Part shown: positions 24,158 to 39,180 of the stretch, piece after piece
Numbering within the stretch: the stretch's first letter is position 1
How the letters are laid out: each line of letters opens with the position of its first letter
Source of the DNA: Octopus vulgaris
Lineage: Eukaryota
Length of the DNA: 64,000 nt
Reading direction: 5' to 3'
Assembly (NCBI GenBank): GCA_951406725.2
Contig: OX597814.1
Span: forward strand, 154,690,001-154,754,000
Made by a program: the position numbers and the translations under genes
Notes under the pieces: model-generated
Seen by the model: only the letters and a program-made list of their open reading frames with translations
Told to the model about the DNA's origin: nothing
The model's database searches: none

Positions 24158-25431
24158 CAGGGGTTGGACAAAATAATGGAAACACCTAGCATCATAGTAT
24201 CGTTGATTTTGAAATATTTATAAAGACGTCAAAAGCTTGTTTATTTTTATGTTTTTTGATTTATTATTAGTGTTGCTTGATATGTTTTACTAAAATTGCT
24301 GTTTCTTTTCAGATATCCTCAGAGAAAGGTAATTAATATTCATTAAAAAGACAGATATAACGGTCTCACAAAGTGGCCAAATTGTTGGTGCTCTTATGGC
24401 AGGCGCTAGCGTAACGAAAACAGCCAAAATGTTTGGTGTATCAACAAGTACTGTCACGAAAGTAATGACAGCCTTTGAGAATGAAGGGAAAAATCTCCTC
24501 GTCGAATAAAAACTCTGGAAGAAAACCAAAACTTTCAGATAGGGACCATCGGGTTCTTACGCGAATTGTCAGAAAGGATCACAAAAGTACAGCTCCCAAA
24601 ATTACTGCAGAGCTTAATGACCACCTCGAGAACCTAGTGTCCACAAAAACTGTTCGCCGGAGTTGCACAAAGCCGGATTTCACGGGAGGGCTGCAATCAG
24701 AAAACCACTACTTTCAAAAACAAACGCTGGAAAACGTTTAGAGTGGAGTAAAAACCTATAGAATTGAGCTCTAGAGCAGCGAAAGAATGTTATTTTCTCG
24801 GACGAATCATCCTTTACCTTATTTCTGACCACCGGGTGAGTATACGTGTAGAGACAGCCAAAAGAAGCATTTGACCCAGACTGCCTTCTTCCAACAGTTA
24901 AACATGGAGGAGGATCTGAGATCTGGGAAAGTGGCTATATCTCGGAAATCCGCCGGCCCAATGGGTTCTCTTCATGGCAGAATTATTAGTCAAGACTATT
25001 TAAGCATTTTATCTGATCTAATTCATTCTGTGTTACCGAACTGTTTCCAGGTGGAAATACAATCTTTCAGGATGATAATGCACCAATTCACACAGCTATA
25101 GTTGTTACTGAATGGCACGAGGAAAATTCTAGTGAAGTTGAATATCTTATCTGGCCACCACAGTCCCCAGATGTGAATATTATTGAACATTTATGGTGCA
25201 TTTTATAAAAACAAGTAAGGAGTCGATATCCTCCAACATCATCACTACAAGAACTGGAGACCTTTTTAGATGGAGAGTGGACAAAAATTCCTTTGGAAAC
25301 AATTCAAACTTTGTACGAGTCCATACCTTGTGGAATTCAATCTGTAATTACTGCCAAACGCGGTCCTACTCCATATTAAAATAAATTTGTTTGAAATTTT
25401 AAGGTGTTTCCATTATTTTGTCCAAACCCTA
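24158..25431 (+). mobile_element. Full-length Tc1-family DNA transposon with pseudogenised transposase (~24350-25378)
   Basis: TIRs CAGGGGTTGGACAAAATAATGGAAACACCT / AGGTGTTTCCATTATTTTGTCCAAACCCTA with TA TSD. Motifs GRKPKLS, VIFSDES, TVKHGGGS, FQDDNAPIH, WPPQSPDVNIIEHLW. Stops and frameshifts present. Confidence 0.95.
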
Positions 25432-25435
25432 TATA

Positions 25436-25553
<118 letters not shown>

Positions 25554-25564
25554 AGGGTGTGTAT

Positions 25565-25922
25565 CTATGGTTCCGGGTTCAACCCACTGCGTGGCACCTT
25601 GGACAAGTGTTTTCTACTATAGCTCCGGATCGACCACTGCCTTGTGATTGGATTTGGCAGGTTGAAACTGAAGGAAGCCTGTCGTATATATGTATGTATA
25701 TATTAAAGTGTGTTTGTATTCGTCTCCCTGCCATCGCCTAACAACCGATGCTAGTGTGTTTATGTCCCAGTAACTTAGCGGTTCGGCAAAAAGACACCGT
25801 TAGAATAAGTGCTAGTCTTATAAAAAATAAGTCCTGGGGTGGATTACTTCGACTAAAACCCTTTAGAGCGGTGCTCCAGCACGGCCGCAGTCAAATGACT
25901 GAAGTAAGTAAAAGAATAAAAG
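25565..25922 (+). mobile_element. SINE family A
   Basis: B box GGTTCAACCC, body and tail. Confidence 0.85.
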
Positions 25923-26612
25923 TGTATACACGGGGTTTGTCCAAAAGTCACCTGACAGTAAATCAAAACCCATTTAATTCCAAGATTAAAACAAAAAGTT
26001 ATTAGACTTCGCTAATAAATAGACAAATGTCGAAAAAAAGAAAACGGTGATTTTAACTCATAGCATTCAATTATTAAACATTCGTAATTGGAATGAATAA
26101 ATAAAATTGAATATAAAGTGTTTATGGAATATTGATTTACTGCCTGTTGACTTGTGGCCAATATTGACTTTTGGCCTGTTGACTTTTGTATATAACATAA
26201 TATATAAATATTTGGTAGGGACACCGTATTTTGTTTTGTAACCACAACATATTTCTAAGAATTAAATATTAACGCCTTATAAGTCAACAGTGTGTCCCAT
26301 ATGTATTAGCAGTACTATTCAATCACGTTTTATAGTTATTTCTACAGATTTTCTATGGAAAGTAGAGCCAGTACTATAAGCTGCGACGTTTTGCATGTGA
26401 ATACGTCTATGTAAAGTATGCGATCGAAGATTGTTGCTGGTCGGTAAAATCTGTTGAGATATTATGGCTACCGATAAATTGTCACATATTATATTTACAG
26501 ATAAATTCCTCTATTTACATAATATCGAGGTCTCTTTCATTTGTTGTCTTACCATTTCTATCAATATATATATATATATACGTATGGATGTAAGTATGTA
26601 CATATTCGTATG

Positions 26613-26646
<34 letters not shown>

Positions 26647-26668
26647 TGTATGTATGTATGTATGTATG

Positions 26669-26734
<66 letters not shown>

Positions 26735-26742
<8 letters not shown>

Positions 26743-27120
26743 TATGTGAGCACAAGACGTTATGAAACGTGTACAACAAAAAAGCACGAAGTACAAGTAC
26801 ATGGAATAAGAACTATTTTTTCGAACAACAGGCTTAGCAGCCCTTCCTGCTTCTTTTCACTGTCCTGTTTGTGTTACCAATTTTGACCCTCGGCAAAATC
26901 CCAAATTTTATTTCATTTGCTTTGCGGGAGCAACTGTTTTATCGAAAGCGTATAATGTTGTTAAATGCTCGAAATACAAGAGTAGAAAAACAGCCAACAA
27001 CTGATGAAGGGTTGTTTGTCTTGTTTTCCATTATTTGTGTCCTTTGCTGTTCGAAAAAATTGGTTATATCCATGTATTTTTTTGTTGTACACGTTTCATG
27101 ACGTCGTGTGCCCACATGTA
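26735..27120. mobile_element. (TA)n-flanked element with diverged terminal inverted duplication
   Basis: ATGAAACGTGTACAACAAAAAA...TTTTTCGAACA (26740-26827) vs TGTTCGAAAAAA...TTTTTTGTTGTACACGTTTCAT (27048-27118). Contains CTGATGAAGG at 27001. Confidence 0.7.
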
Positions 27121-27784
27121 TATATATAATCTATCTATCTATCTACACACACACACACATATATATCTTTGCGTCGGAAAAGGCGCTGTGAAGTATAAGA
27201 CACAACCAAAGATCAGGTTCTCTTTAGAGGGTTACAAGCTCCACTCCAATATCCAGTATGCAACAACGCGGGGCATCAACTTTAGAAAAGGCTGGCGTGC
27301 GGAATACAAGAGGAGTAGTAGCAGTAATTACATACAAAAAATAGGTATGGTTAAGGAATTCCTTTTGTAAAGAAGAGGTTCTGGGTTCGATCTCACTGCG
27401 CAGCATCTTAGTCGGATGTCATCATCGGTAGCCTCGGATTGATTAATACCATGTCAGTGAAAGTGGGTTGGTGGAAACTGTACGGAAGCTCATCGAAAAG
27501 ACTGTAATTTTAATTTTAGAAAAGTACTGCCTTATCACTCATTGTGACGCGTTGATTCTAGCTGCGAATTATGAGCACTCGTGTATATGGAATATACACG
27601 TATAGCCACTTGCACCATGATTGAATGAGTAAGTAATTCAGTTGACCAAAGAATTAAATCCTTGTAAAAGACAATTACCCGACTTGAAATGCGTACTAGG
27701 GTAGATTTAATTGACTAAAATCTTCAAGGTAATGCCCCATCATAGCCACAATCCAATGACTGAAACAAGTAAAATAATAGACTT

Positions 27785-28345
27785 ATACTCCGTCGGTTAT
27801 GTCGACGAGTTTTCCAGTTGATCCGATCAACGAAACAGCCTGTTCGTTAAAATTGTTTCTCTTAGGTGTTAATGACTGAGTACTCCTCAGACAAGCGCAC
27901 CTTTAACATATTTCTCGGGGAGTTTCAGTGCGACACATAATGTGATAAGACTGGCCCTTTGGATTACAAGTATTTAGATTACAGGTATAACTCCTTTTAG
28001 CACGCCGGACGAAATGCTCAGCGGTATTTCGTCTACCCTTACGTTCTGAGTTCAAGTTCCGCCGAGGTCGACTTTGCCTTTCATCCATTCGGAGTCGATG
28101 AATTAAGTACCAGTTACGCACTGGGGTCGATATAATCGACTTAATCCGTTTGTCTGTCCTTGTTTGTCCTCTCTGCGTTTAGCCCCTTGTGGGTAGTAAA
28201 GAAATAGGTATAATCCCTTTTTGCTAGCTGAGTGGACTGGAGCATCATGAAATAAAGTGTCTTGCTCAGAGACGCAATACGCCGCCGAGAATCGAATTCA
28301 AGATCCTTAACCAAACACCCTAGCCACTAACTCCCACGCCTCCAC
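27785..28345 (-). mobile_element. SINE family C with a nested family B copy (~27996-28207, +)
   Basis: Homologous to 38075-38360. The B insert is flanked by GGTATAA-like duplications. Confidence 0.8.
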
Positions 28346-28960
28346 GAAACAAGACATAAAAGTATTTAATAAAAGATTATAGAAGAGACGAACGAAATCA
28401 TGTGACATTGCCTTTCTGATATCTTTTGCTCATGTAACTCAAGCAAGCAAACCCCAATCACGGAATCTGTGCTAGAGATCATTTGATGGGCCACGGCACT
28501 CGACAAATATTATTACTCTCACTATAAATATTACTATTCTATGTTTTGATTATAAATTTAAATCTATTTAACAACAAAAAGAATTTTTGTTTCTAAAGAA
28601 AAAAAATCTTATTGGCTTCTATCATTTGAACGCGAATATTAACTGTTTTATGTACATTTATGACTCGATTAAAAGGACTTGTATCTGCTATATAAAACTT
28701 TGCTGTTTGAATTTACTTATTAATAAAAGTATAAATTCAAATGTTAAATTTTTATTTAACTCGACGTTTAATACACATGTTTGCAGTCAATAGAAAGTGA
28801 TGTTAATTAAGAGAGAATGACCCAACGAATTCTGCAATGTTTGACAAGCGTACCAAAGAACTTCGGAACTTGTTTTTCCTTCTTTTCTGACTCTTGCAAA
28901 ACGTACTATTTCTCTTCTCTATTTCTTTCATGCCTTTTTCTCACTTCATATCGCTCTTTG

Positions 28961-29025
<65 letters not shown>

Positions 29026-29374
29026 GCACAGATACACATATACACACGCATAGAGGAGCGAACAAATTGTACACAAATACGCATTTATACACGTGAACTC
29101 ATAAATACATACGTAGACACAAACGTCCGTAGACACGTAGGAAGACTGTACAAAAGAAACTCATATATACACACTGAAAGTTTGCACGAAAATGTTGGAA
29201 AACTGGCTGCACTAATCTGCATTACAAACTATAGTGGGGTAAAATAGTTGCAAGCTTAGGGTCGTAAGAAAGCAATAACTATAATAGGTTCTCAGCTATT
29301 GCAGTCTGGTGGCTGTAGTAAGATGGAGTTTCAATAGAGAGATAGATTTTTATTATTGGAATATTCACGGGTGC

Positions 29375-29785
29375 AAGGCGGCAAGCTAGCAGAACCGTTA
29401 GCACGCCGGGCGAAATGCGTAGCCGTATTTCGTCTGCCGTTACGTTCTGAGTTCAAATTCCGCCGAGGTTGACTTTGCCTTTCATCTTTTCGGGGTCGAT
29501 AAATAAAGTAACAGTTACGCACTGGGGTCGATATAATCGACTTAATCCGTTTGTCTGTACTCTCTGTGTTTATCCCCTTGTGGGCAGTCAAGAAATACGT
29601 ATTTCGTTTGCCGTTACGTTCTGAGTTCAAATTCCGCCGAGGTCGACTTTGCCTTTCATCCTTTCAGGGTCGATAAATAAAGTAACAGTTACGCACTGGG
29701 GTCGATATAATCGACTTAATCCGTTTGTCTGTCATTTGTTTGTCCCCTCTATATTTAGCCCCTTGCGAGCAATAAAGAAACAGGT
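29375..29785 (+). mobile_element. SINE family B with tandem partial duplication
   Basis: Second unit restarts at CGTATTTCGTTTGCCGTTACG (~29597). Flanks ATTCACGGGTG / ATTCACAGGTG. Confidence 0.9.
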
Positions 29786-30496
29786 ACATTCACAGGTGTA
29801 GTAGTTTAGAAATGAGGCATTGAGCTTTGCCTTCAATCATTTTGTTTTGAGTTATGAATCTTGTTGCAAAGATTGAATCTTATTGTAAAGACTGAATTTT
29901 CGAATTTTTACCACATCCTTAATAATACCATCAATTAATGCCTCCTCGCCTACTTTTGCTATATGTATACATATGCGCAAGTGCATTGTATCTTCAAAAG
30001 AAACCAGCAAAGAAACAAACAATTTACTGTACTGTTGTTCATTGATTAGAAATTAGAAAAAACAACCTTGTAATAAGCAAGCAAAAAAAAACAAACAAAC
30101 AAAAAGCAAATACATTCTATGCATATATTTCGTCATTCTTAATTCTTTATTTCCTTAATTTTAAATTAAAGCTCTTAATTCTACCAAATATTATGGTTAT
30201 CTCCCCTGTAAAAACTGTAAGCTAGGATATTCCACGTATTTTTGCTAGAATTATTAATAGTGCTGTTGTTGTTGTTTTGCTTCAGTTCAGGTTTGATAGA
30301 AGAGATGTGTTCGAACCTAGAAAATTCCATCGTTTTTCACATCAGGGTCTATTTCCTTTAGTGGTTGTTCATTGTTTTGATGAAAATTGTTCATTGTTTG
30401 AAAAATATTGTTGAAGTTTAATAAAATCTTATATGTACTTAATACATGAAGTGTCATTGTCGGGGCCCCACGGCCTAATGAAGAGCTTTTAGCCTA

Positions 30497-30529
<33 letters not shown>

Positions 30530-30533
<4 letters not shown>

Positions 30534-30745
30534 ATCCAAACATGAAAACACAAAGAGAAAACACAACAACGAGAGGAAGTGGTACAAGTATAGTGTTAAT
30601 GGACGCTTAGGAAAGGAAAGAAAGAAAGAGGATTTAACGTTTCGAACGGAACTCTTCATCAGAAACATAGGAAGAGGAAATATCCAAGGAAGGGAAGACG
30701 GACGAAAAAAAATCGCCAACGATACACATGCGGTCACATTTTGAA
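30530..30745 (-). mobile_element. Family F1 HHR element (HHR 30632-30666, intact core)
   Basis: Minus strand: GTTT-CTGATGA-A-GAGT-TCC-GTTC-GAAA-CG-TT-AAAT. (TA)n flanks. Confidence 0.8.
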
Positions 30746-30799
<54 letters not shown>

Positions 30800-31190
30800 T
30801 GTATGTGTGTGTATCGGTCGGCTTTTAAGCTAGTATATGTGTGTGCGTGTCTGTGTTATTAAAACTTGCCTAGACCTACGTTTCCAATCACAAGAAACTA
30901 TTTATAACTCGTATCTTTATCCTCTGTAAATTAGATACTACAGACGCACGGGCACGCTCACACACATGCACACATACCACATTTAAACATACGCACATTT
31001 AAACATACTTATTTTCTGCTGTTTATTTCAACATACATTTTGATAAAACATATATACTGTCTTATTAATATCTTAGTCGGCTTCAACTGTCAACGTATTG
31101 GTTTCATAGATTATTACTTTAGAGGTGTAGTGGTGATATCAGAAATATTTTCACACAGATATATACACATATTCGTACTAAGATACAGTC

Positions 31191-31304
<114 letters not shown>

Positions 31305-31483
31305 GTCTGTCTGTCTCTGTCTGTCTGTTTATCCGTCTTTCTGTCCGTCGGTATGTCTGTATGGGCGAATGACTGGCTACTTATACGTATAAATATTTAC
31401 AATCATACACTTATATACATACAGTTATATGCAGCAAAAGCACTATATACATGCATACAGGTATTTATAAATATATACGTATG

Positions 31484-31515
<32 letters not shown>

Positions 31516-31544
31516 ACACGTTTTGGGATCACCAATACTTTATT

Positions 31545-31780
31545 ATCTCCCATTCTTTCTACCTCTCCTGTCAAACCTTTTTTCACTCGCCATGCTTGAT
31601 CGCTAAATCATGTTTTTTTTTATTCTCTCTGTGTTTATTTTCTCTTATTCCTTTCTGTTGAAGAGCGTTGGCTCAAAACGTAAAATACTTTCTCACTTTC
31701 CCGAGCGTTAAACTAATACACCTGCTTGTTGTTCATACACCTATCTTCGTTTTTTGTTTTTCCGTAGATTTCAACTTTAT
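31545..31780 (+). mobile_element. Family F2 HHR element (core 31651-31686, GAAA mutated to AAAA)
   Basis: CTTT-CTGTTGA-A-GAGC-GTTG-GCTC-AAAA-CG-TA-AAA. Its 3' end lies at (TA)n. Confidence 0.7.
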
Positions 31781-31982
31781 ATATATATATATGTATGTAT
31801 GTATTTTAGGCGTTTTAGTCTTTGAACTGAAGCTTTGCTGGCGTTCCGTCTTGTGGGGTTTAGTAGTTGGTAGGAATAGAGTTTCTAAAATAGATAGAAA
31901 GATTCGAACGATTGCTTCTGTCCAATTGTAGAACGTGTCTGCATTATTTCACGTCCTCTCGAAGTTTTGAAATTAAAATGAC

Positions 31983-32041
<59 letters not shown>

Positions 32042-34521
32042 TTTAAAAAAGAGAAAAGAAGAAACTACATCTCCTTGCGATGGATGCGTGAATGTAATTT
32101 GAGTCCAGGTATGGATTTTGCTATGAGTTCACAATGGGGACACTGATGATTTTGATTTTGCCTGGGATTGGGCAAATGTGTCTGCTGATTGCAGGATATA
32201 ATTATTTTATTGAAATGTTTTAACTGAGTTAGATCTTACGTAATGGATGTATTTCCTATTATATATCACATAAATCTGAAACGTTCGTATTAAATGATTT
32301 CAAAAGACCACTGTTTGGTTTAAATTCATTATTGTAACTTATGTGTGTATATGTGTATCTGTGCGAGTGCGTGAGTGAATGTGTGTGTTTTGTGTGTGTA
32401 TGTGTTTGTGTACATATGTAAGTATTGATATGCATGTATTTATGTATGTGTAGTCTTGTGGACTTCCGTATTGCAGAAAAACACCACTGTTAATTAGAAT
32501 CAGAACATAATCAATATTGGCTTGCGGAGTGAGAGGGTAAACTAACGAGTGATCCGTATATCAAACTTAGTTCTAATTTATGCTTGGGAATTGTTTAATT
32601 TCATTTACTGCACTAATAGTTTTATAAATATCTGAAAACCTTATCTCTTCTTGCCTTGTGCCAATGTAAGACATCAGATATTGAATAGTAGTTCAGGTTA
32701 AATTATCTTTTAATCCTCCAGTGTCGATAAAATAAGTAGCAATTATAATCCAGGGGAATCAAGCAGCGATAATACAGCTCCCTATCTATCTTACTTATCC
32801 CCACATAATTCTGCGAGAATCACGTAAGTATGTGATAGTAAGCATAAGTCCTATAGCAAGTTTGGATTGGAAAGGATTTATAACTTAAATAAGTTTGTTA
32901 GTTATTTTGAAATTTAATTACTGAAGCGGGCACCAATAGTCTGTAGTAAATTATATCATTAAACATAGTCATCATCGTATTTTATTGAGTAGAAAAGCAT
33001 CTGGGATTTGTACAATAACAACATTTTCGGGGACTGACTAGGAAATGTGTTTGAATGTGTCTGTTTGTGTGTATGTATGTGTGTGTGAGTGAGTGTGCGT
33101 GTATGTGTTTAATTTTCATAAGTATATATTTAAATTATAATCATATATATTATTTGAATTCTTCCTATAATGAAGGACCTGGTTTCTAACAAAGAAACGA
33201 AGTCCTTTCTCTTGGAGTTTGGTTAACAAACAACAATATTTACTTATGCTGAACTTTTAAAATGTCATGCACACTTTTATGCGCTTACGTGTAACGTATC
33301 AGTTCTTTGGTCGCTTTCTTTGGCTAAATAATCAGAACACAAAAGTTTGCAGATTTCGAAGCAGTTCTCTATAAATAATTTCCTACTTGGGAATTTTGGA
33401 AGATATATTCACATCTGCAAGAGAGCTGACCACCATGACTGTATATCACTTTCCTTTTTTCTCTCAATTCTCACGTCAATTCTGGTTGTCCTGAGTGGGA
33501 GTCCTGAGTGGGAGTCCTGAGTGGAAGTCACCATTATTCCTTGTGTTGATGTGTATGATTTGTATGAATGATATGTGTGTGAATGTGAAAATATAATATA
33601 TATCTGCATGCACAAACAGATATACACATATCAGAAAAAACACCACTCTGATAAGTGCAGAAGTGTAAGTATCTCAAGCCGTATTTACGAGTGTTGGGAA
33701 GCACGAGGCTGAATTGAATGTTAAAATTGCAGCTCTAGTATTCGATCTTCAGAAGAAGAGAGGTTGGGTCTAAGCTGATTTCTTCCAGAAAGCATAAGAT
33801 GCACAAACAGACAAACCGAGAAAGAAACAAATAGCAACTGCAACAACAATATAGATAAAAGTTTTGTGACTTGAGTGATAGATTAACTGCTTAAATTTTC
33901 TGGATTTACTAATCAAGCAGCTGTGTTTTTTCATTAAACGGCGAACCGGCAGAATAGTTAACACGCTGGACTAAAATGCTTAGCACTTCTCCCGGATTTT
34001 TATTCTGAGTTCAAATTTTGCCCAGGTCAGCTTTGTCTTTCGTCCTTTCGAAGTTGATAAAAATATCAGTCAAGTAATGGAGTCGATGCAATCGACATGC
34101 CCCTACCTCTTAAAATTGCTCTATTTTGAATCCTTAAAGGACCAGCGCTCCGTTCAGGGAGGAATGTGATCTCGGTCCCATATACACCAGGGAAACCGGC
34201 CTTAAGGAGTCCTAAGGCTCGAAAAAATATCTAGAACTCTTTATTATGATGCTAAATTCACACATTGTGTGTTTCAATGTTAAGACTAACTTTTGTTTAC
34301 ATACGAATTTACTGTCAATTCTACTAAGTATAAAATACCGATTTGGTTTGAAGTAGAACATCAGCAAGTGTTGGACTGATTCAGCCTATACCAGGGGTTA
34401 TTGCCAAATTGCTTAGTAAGAACCACATATATTTTTAAATGTTTAAGAGCGGCAATATATATTTTTAAAACTTAAGAGCACTACTAACGCAGTAGCACAC
34501 AGTATTGACTTATAAAATCGT

Positions 34522-34754
34522 AAGGCAGCGAGCTGGCAGAATCGTTAGCATGCCGGGCGAAATGCGTAGCCGTATTTCGTCTGCCGTTCGTTCTGAGTTC
34601 AAATTCCGCCGAGGTTGACTTTGCCTTTCATCCTTTCGGGGTCGATAAATTAAGTACCAGTTACGCACTGGGGTCGATATAATCGACTTAATCCGTTTGT
34701 CTGTCCTTGTTTATCCCCTCTGTGTTTATCCCCTTGTGGGTAGTAAGGAAATAG
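34522..34754 (+). mobile_element. SINE family B, full length with 20-bp TSD
   Basis: GTATTGACTTATAAAATCGT at 34502-34521 and 34755-34774. Confidence 0.95.
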
Positions 34755-37110
34755 GTATTGACTTATAAAATCGTTTAATATACTCTGTAGTATATTATGG
34801 TTCCGTAACGAAATGCCTTGTCCCGACAAGTCATTAATATCTATGTACCAGCTTTCAGGAATATTTTAAAAATCACATTCGTAAATAAGAAAATATAATG
34901 CTACATAATTTTTCTTACGAAAGTATACTGAATAATACTTACTCGTTCAAAGCTTTTATTGAGTCTTAATGTTTTTCGGTTAGTACTTTAAATTCCGGCT
35001 GGTAGAATGTTAAAACCGTTTACGAATAAAATAGCACTAATATTCAATATTATCTCGAGAGTCGCACATGGTTACTTTGAGAGTAACAGTTTGGTCACCG
35101 TAGTTCTCGACAGTTGTAGTTTGCAGGATCATAATTGAGTAGAGTTACTCACAAGCATCTTGTTTAATAATAAAGGTATGTGCCTAGCTTCAGTTATCAC
35201 ATTATTAAGATTGTACTACGGCTTTATGAGAATAAAACTAATCACGCCAAAGAGAGCATTTTCAAAACTATCTCTTTTTTTTTATATCTTTGTATCCAAC
35301 TACTAAGTGAAGTACTTGTCTTTTTATTGCCTGGGGGAGGTGCATTTGCCCAATATTATCAACGATTCTGAGATTCTAAAAGCCCTCTCAACCAAATTTC
35401 AACATGACAATTCTTTGTATGATAAGTCTATGACAGGATAAAACAATAAAGTTTTAACGGTCTCAAGAGAGATTGAGAGAAGAAGAAGAGAGAGGGAGAG
35501 AGCGAACAAAAGAGGGCGATATGAGATAGAGAAATATACTCTCTGGATAGAACAATCGACTGATTTTCTTCTATTGTGGCGTGATTTTTATTTTTCGTGT
35601 GGATTATCTGCAAATTATATATATCATGTTGAATACACCGTGTAACAATAATAATTTGGTCACGTTGATTATAAGCAACGTAAGCTCGGTGTTATGCATA
35701 TTTAATGCTGGTATCTTAACATTTACATACAAAATTGGTAACTACATATTTATCATTTAATGCTTGTTGAGAACATTATATTTATTGTGTTTCGTATTTT
35801 ATCTTTTAGTCAAGAAGGAAGGCTAAACGAACGACCCTTTACAACCTCCATAATTAGTGGAAGGGCGAGAAGAACGTGTCTTCAAACCATTCGAATGCGT
35901 GCAACAGGCTGGACTCGAAACAACGCAGTTCACTGTGCTGGTGCATTTTTCTTGATAAAATACATAGCTACCCTTTTCTAGAAGACCAATCTATCACCAA
36001 GTAAATTTACCCACAAAGGGAAAGAAGTGAACTCAGCCATACACTTTAACAAATCTCTCGTCGATTTGTCTTCTATATTATTAGGTGACCAAGTAGTTAG
36101 AAATTTAGCTTTACGATCGAAAAGTAATTGGTTCAGACCACGGACCAGGTGGCGCATTGTATCCCCGAGAAAGACACTTGATTTCGCATTGTTTCAGTCT
36201 ACTAGCAGTAAATGAGAGTTAACAAGCAGCGAACTGGCCTCCCGTCCAGTGGAGAATTTATACTGTGTCTCTTATATACTACAAAAACAAGAATAAGATC
36301 CTGCCAAATGAGTCTGTAGGCTCGAGGTAAATTCCTGCAACGAAGAATTATTAGAGCCAACGGGTATTTATGCGGTGACTTGGTTTTTTTTAATATATTG
36401 CAGTTAAAGTTTCAAATTGCAGTTTCAGCTTAAAAAACGAAGGGCACGCATAATAAGTGTTCTGGTTTTATCCCATCAAAAAGAACAACACAAACAAACC
36501 ACTATCGCTGAAACACTGATAATAATTGCTTTGTTTCCATATTATAAACCATTATTAGCAGTGCTGAAAGTGGTACATCTCACTAAGGAGGCGAAATCAT
36601 TCAGAAACCGCTAAAATTGCTAGTAATTTGGTGTGTTTCAACGCAACAAAGTCTAGAGTAACAAATTTGTTTTCCGAAACAAAGTCAAGCAGCATACCAT
36701 TCAAATTTCAATGTGCAAGAACGTGTTAAAAATAAATGTACACGTCTTTATTTTGATCCTCGCAGCTTCCTGTGTTTATATGCACATACAGACGTATATG
36801 TATACTTAAACATACACATTTGCAAATATCAATTACATATATTAATATTTATATTTTTATTAGTTGCGTTTTGAATTCTAAGCGATCAGAATCAAAATGG
36901 AATTAAATTTGCATAACTCACCAAAGCTACGTGTAACAAATTCTACTTTCAAAAGTATCTAGAAGCTTATGCATGCATACATACATACATACGCACACAT
37001 GTATATACATATACATATCTATAGATGTAAATATTATGCATACATATATATATATACACACATCTATCTATGTATCTATCTATCAGCATATATATATATA
37101 TGTATAAGCA

Positions 37111-37142
<32 letters not shown>

Positions 37143-38074
37143 CATGGCCGTCCACTCGTGACCGAGGAAGATTATTGCTTATCTTCAGCAGAGTTCAGCA
37201 ACGCCTGTGCAGAGCTTTAGTTCCAATAAGGCTTGCACGACACCTCATAGACTCTCTCTACTTTATTGACATTATCCAGAGACAAGCCGGAGCAAGATGT
37301 CTGGTGCCAATATGAGTCGGAGTGTCAGGGATGTGGGAGCACCATGATCTCTTGCACAACCCAAAGATCTCCGAAATGTCCAATGCCATTCCCTGTATAT
37401 CTGTTTTCTTTTATATCAGAGTGACCTTCTCTTAGAGACATGCTTCAACAGAAGCTGAGGGGTGCCTCACTCCCAGTAGTCTTTCAGCACGCCGGACACC
37501 ATCCTGGAATATATATATATATATATATATATGTAATAGAATTGGACTCCGTTTTTGAACCTCTGTTGAAGATATAAGTTAATACATAAGCACTTAACCT
37601 CGAATGCTTTGCATCTTGTAGCAGAAACATTTGTAAACTAATGAAGTTCATGACATAATTTCTTATTCCCTTGTTACACTCAGGTACACATGCATACACA
37701 CATGAATATATATCTATATGTATGTTTGTGTATATATTCATTGTTGCGTTCTCGACACCTCTCCGGTCATTAAAGACATTATGCATTAGACAGTACTTCA
37801 ATGTTCTAAATTGCTCTATTATTTTGTGTAATATATGTCTTATTTCTACGCTGGCCGATACAGTGGTGAATTGAAGGTAAATATTCTAACGTTCGATCAA
37901 CTGAATTGCCTGCGCGTAAAGTAGTTGAACAGTCCGCGATATGAGTAGCCTTAAAGTTATTCTCAGGCAGAATCAGCGTATGACGAAGTAATACCTTTCG
38001 AATTACAAGCACAATCTAGTCGATGGGTTTCCAAGCAGTTTTCGTCTACCCAATTTTACTCATAAGGAATAAGG

Positions 38075-38360
38075 AGCACTCCGTCGGTTACGACGACGAG
38101 GGTCCCAGCTGATACGATCAACGGAACAGCTTGTTCGTGTAATTAACATGCAAGTAGCTGAGCACTCCACAGACACAGTTCGCAAGGAGATTCAGCGTGA
38201 CACAGAGTGCGACAAGGCTTGTCTCTTTTGAAATACAAGTACTACTCATTTTTGTCAGCTGAGTGGACTGGAGCAACGTGAAATATAGTGTTTTGCTCAA
38301 GGACACAACGCGTTGCCGGGAATCGAACCGAATGCCCTGACCACTAAGCCACGCGCCCTC
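38075..38360 (-). mobile_element. tRNA-derived SINE family C
   Basis: Minus-strand A box TGGCTTAGTGG, B box GGTTCGATTCC, then GTGTCCTTGAGCAAAACAC. Confidence 0.85.
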
Positions 38361-38574
38361 AAGAAATAAGTTATTCGACGATATATAATATGACAATCAC
38401 AGAAGTTGTCATGCAACGAGCTGTAGTCTGGCATCTCGCGGTTGCCGAGCGAACTTCTTGATCATTCGGCCGTACTGCTCCTACAATATTGAAAATAATG
38501 CGCCAATACAAATTCACATTGTTAATAATGTATACACAAACGCTTACGACCAGACACACCCTCTATAACTATAA

Positions 38575-39180
38575 ACACTAGTGCATATATACTGCGTTCC
38601 CAACGGACAAACTAATATTATAGGCACAAACACATGTACACATATATCTCTTGCACGAATGAAGACCCAGTCATTCTACATTACTTCTGATCAGTCTTAA
38701 TTCATCATTTTCAAAATGACTCAGAAAAACACGTTTTCTTTCGTTACTCCAGATTTTTCTTTCTTTCTCCTACAATTTTCCTTCGCTCAAAACGTCTAAG
38801 ATAGATTTTTCCTTTAGAAATCTTTCACTGAGCCTATGCATTCACACCAAAGCACACAGACGCTATGATTATACACTCATAATGCTAGTCCAAACATACT
38901 GAGTTCCCAACGGATACAGTAATATTAAATACACAAACACATGTGCATATATATCCCTTTAACGAATGAAAACTCAGTCTTTCTATGTTACTTCTGGTCA
39001 TACTAAATTCCCCACTTTCAAAAGGACCTTACTCAGAACAGCACATATTCTTTCGTTACTCTTGATTTTTCTTTCCTTCCCTTACAATTTTCCTTTCTCT
39101 GTGTAAATTGATGAAAAGAAATTTTGCTCGAAACGTCGAAGAAACTTTCCCTTAGTTAATCTTTCACGGAGCGTTAAACA
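38575..39180 (+). repeat. Diverged tandem duplication, ~305-bp period, ending in degenerate HHR motifs
   Basis: GTTCCCAACGGA at ~38596 and ~38903. GCTCAAAACGTC (~38785) vs TTGATGA...GCTCGAAACGTC (39108-39137). Confidence 0.75.

Noticed and set aside
33490-33528. Short direct repeats (13 bp x3; also 18 bp x2.5 at 42725-42770)
   Set aside because: They are simple minisatellites without spacers, not CRISPR, in a eukaryotic context with no cas genes.
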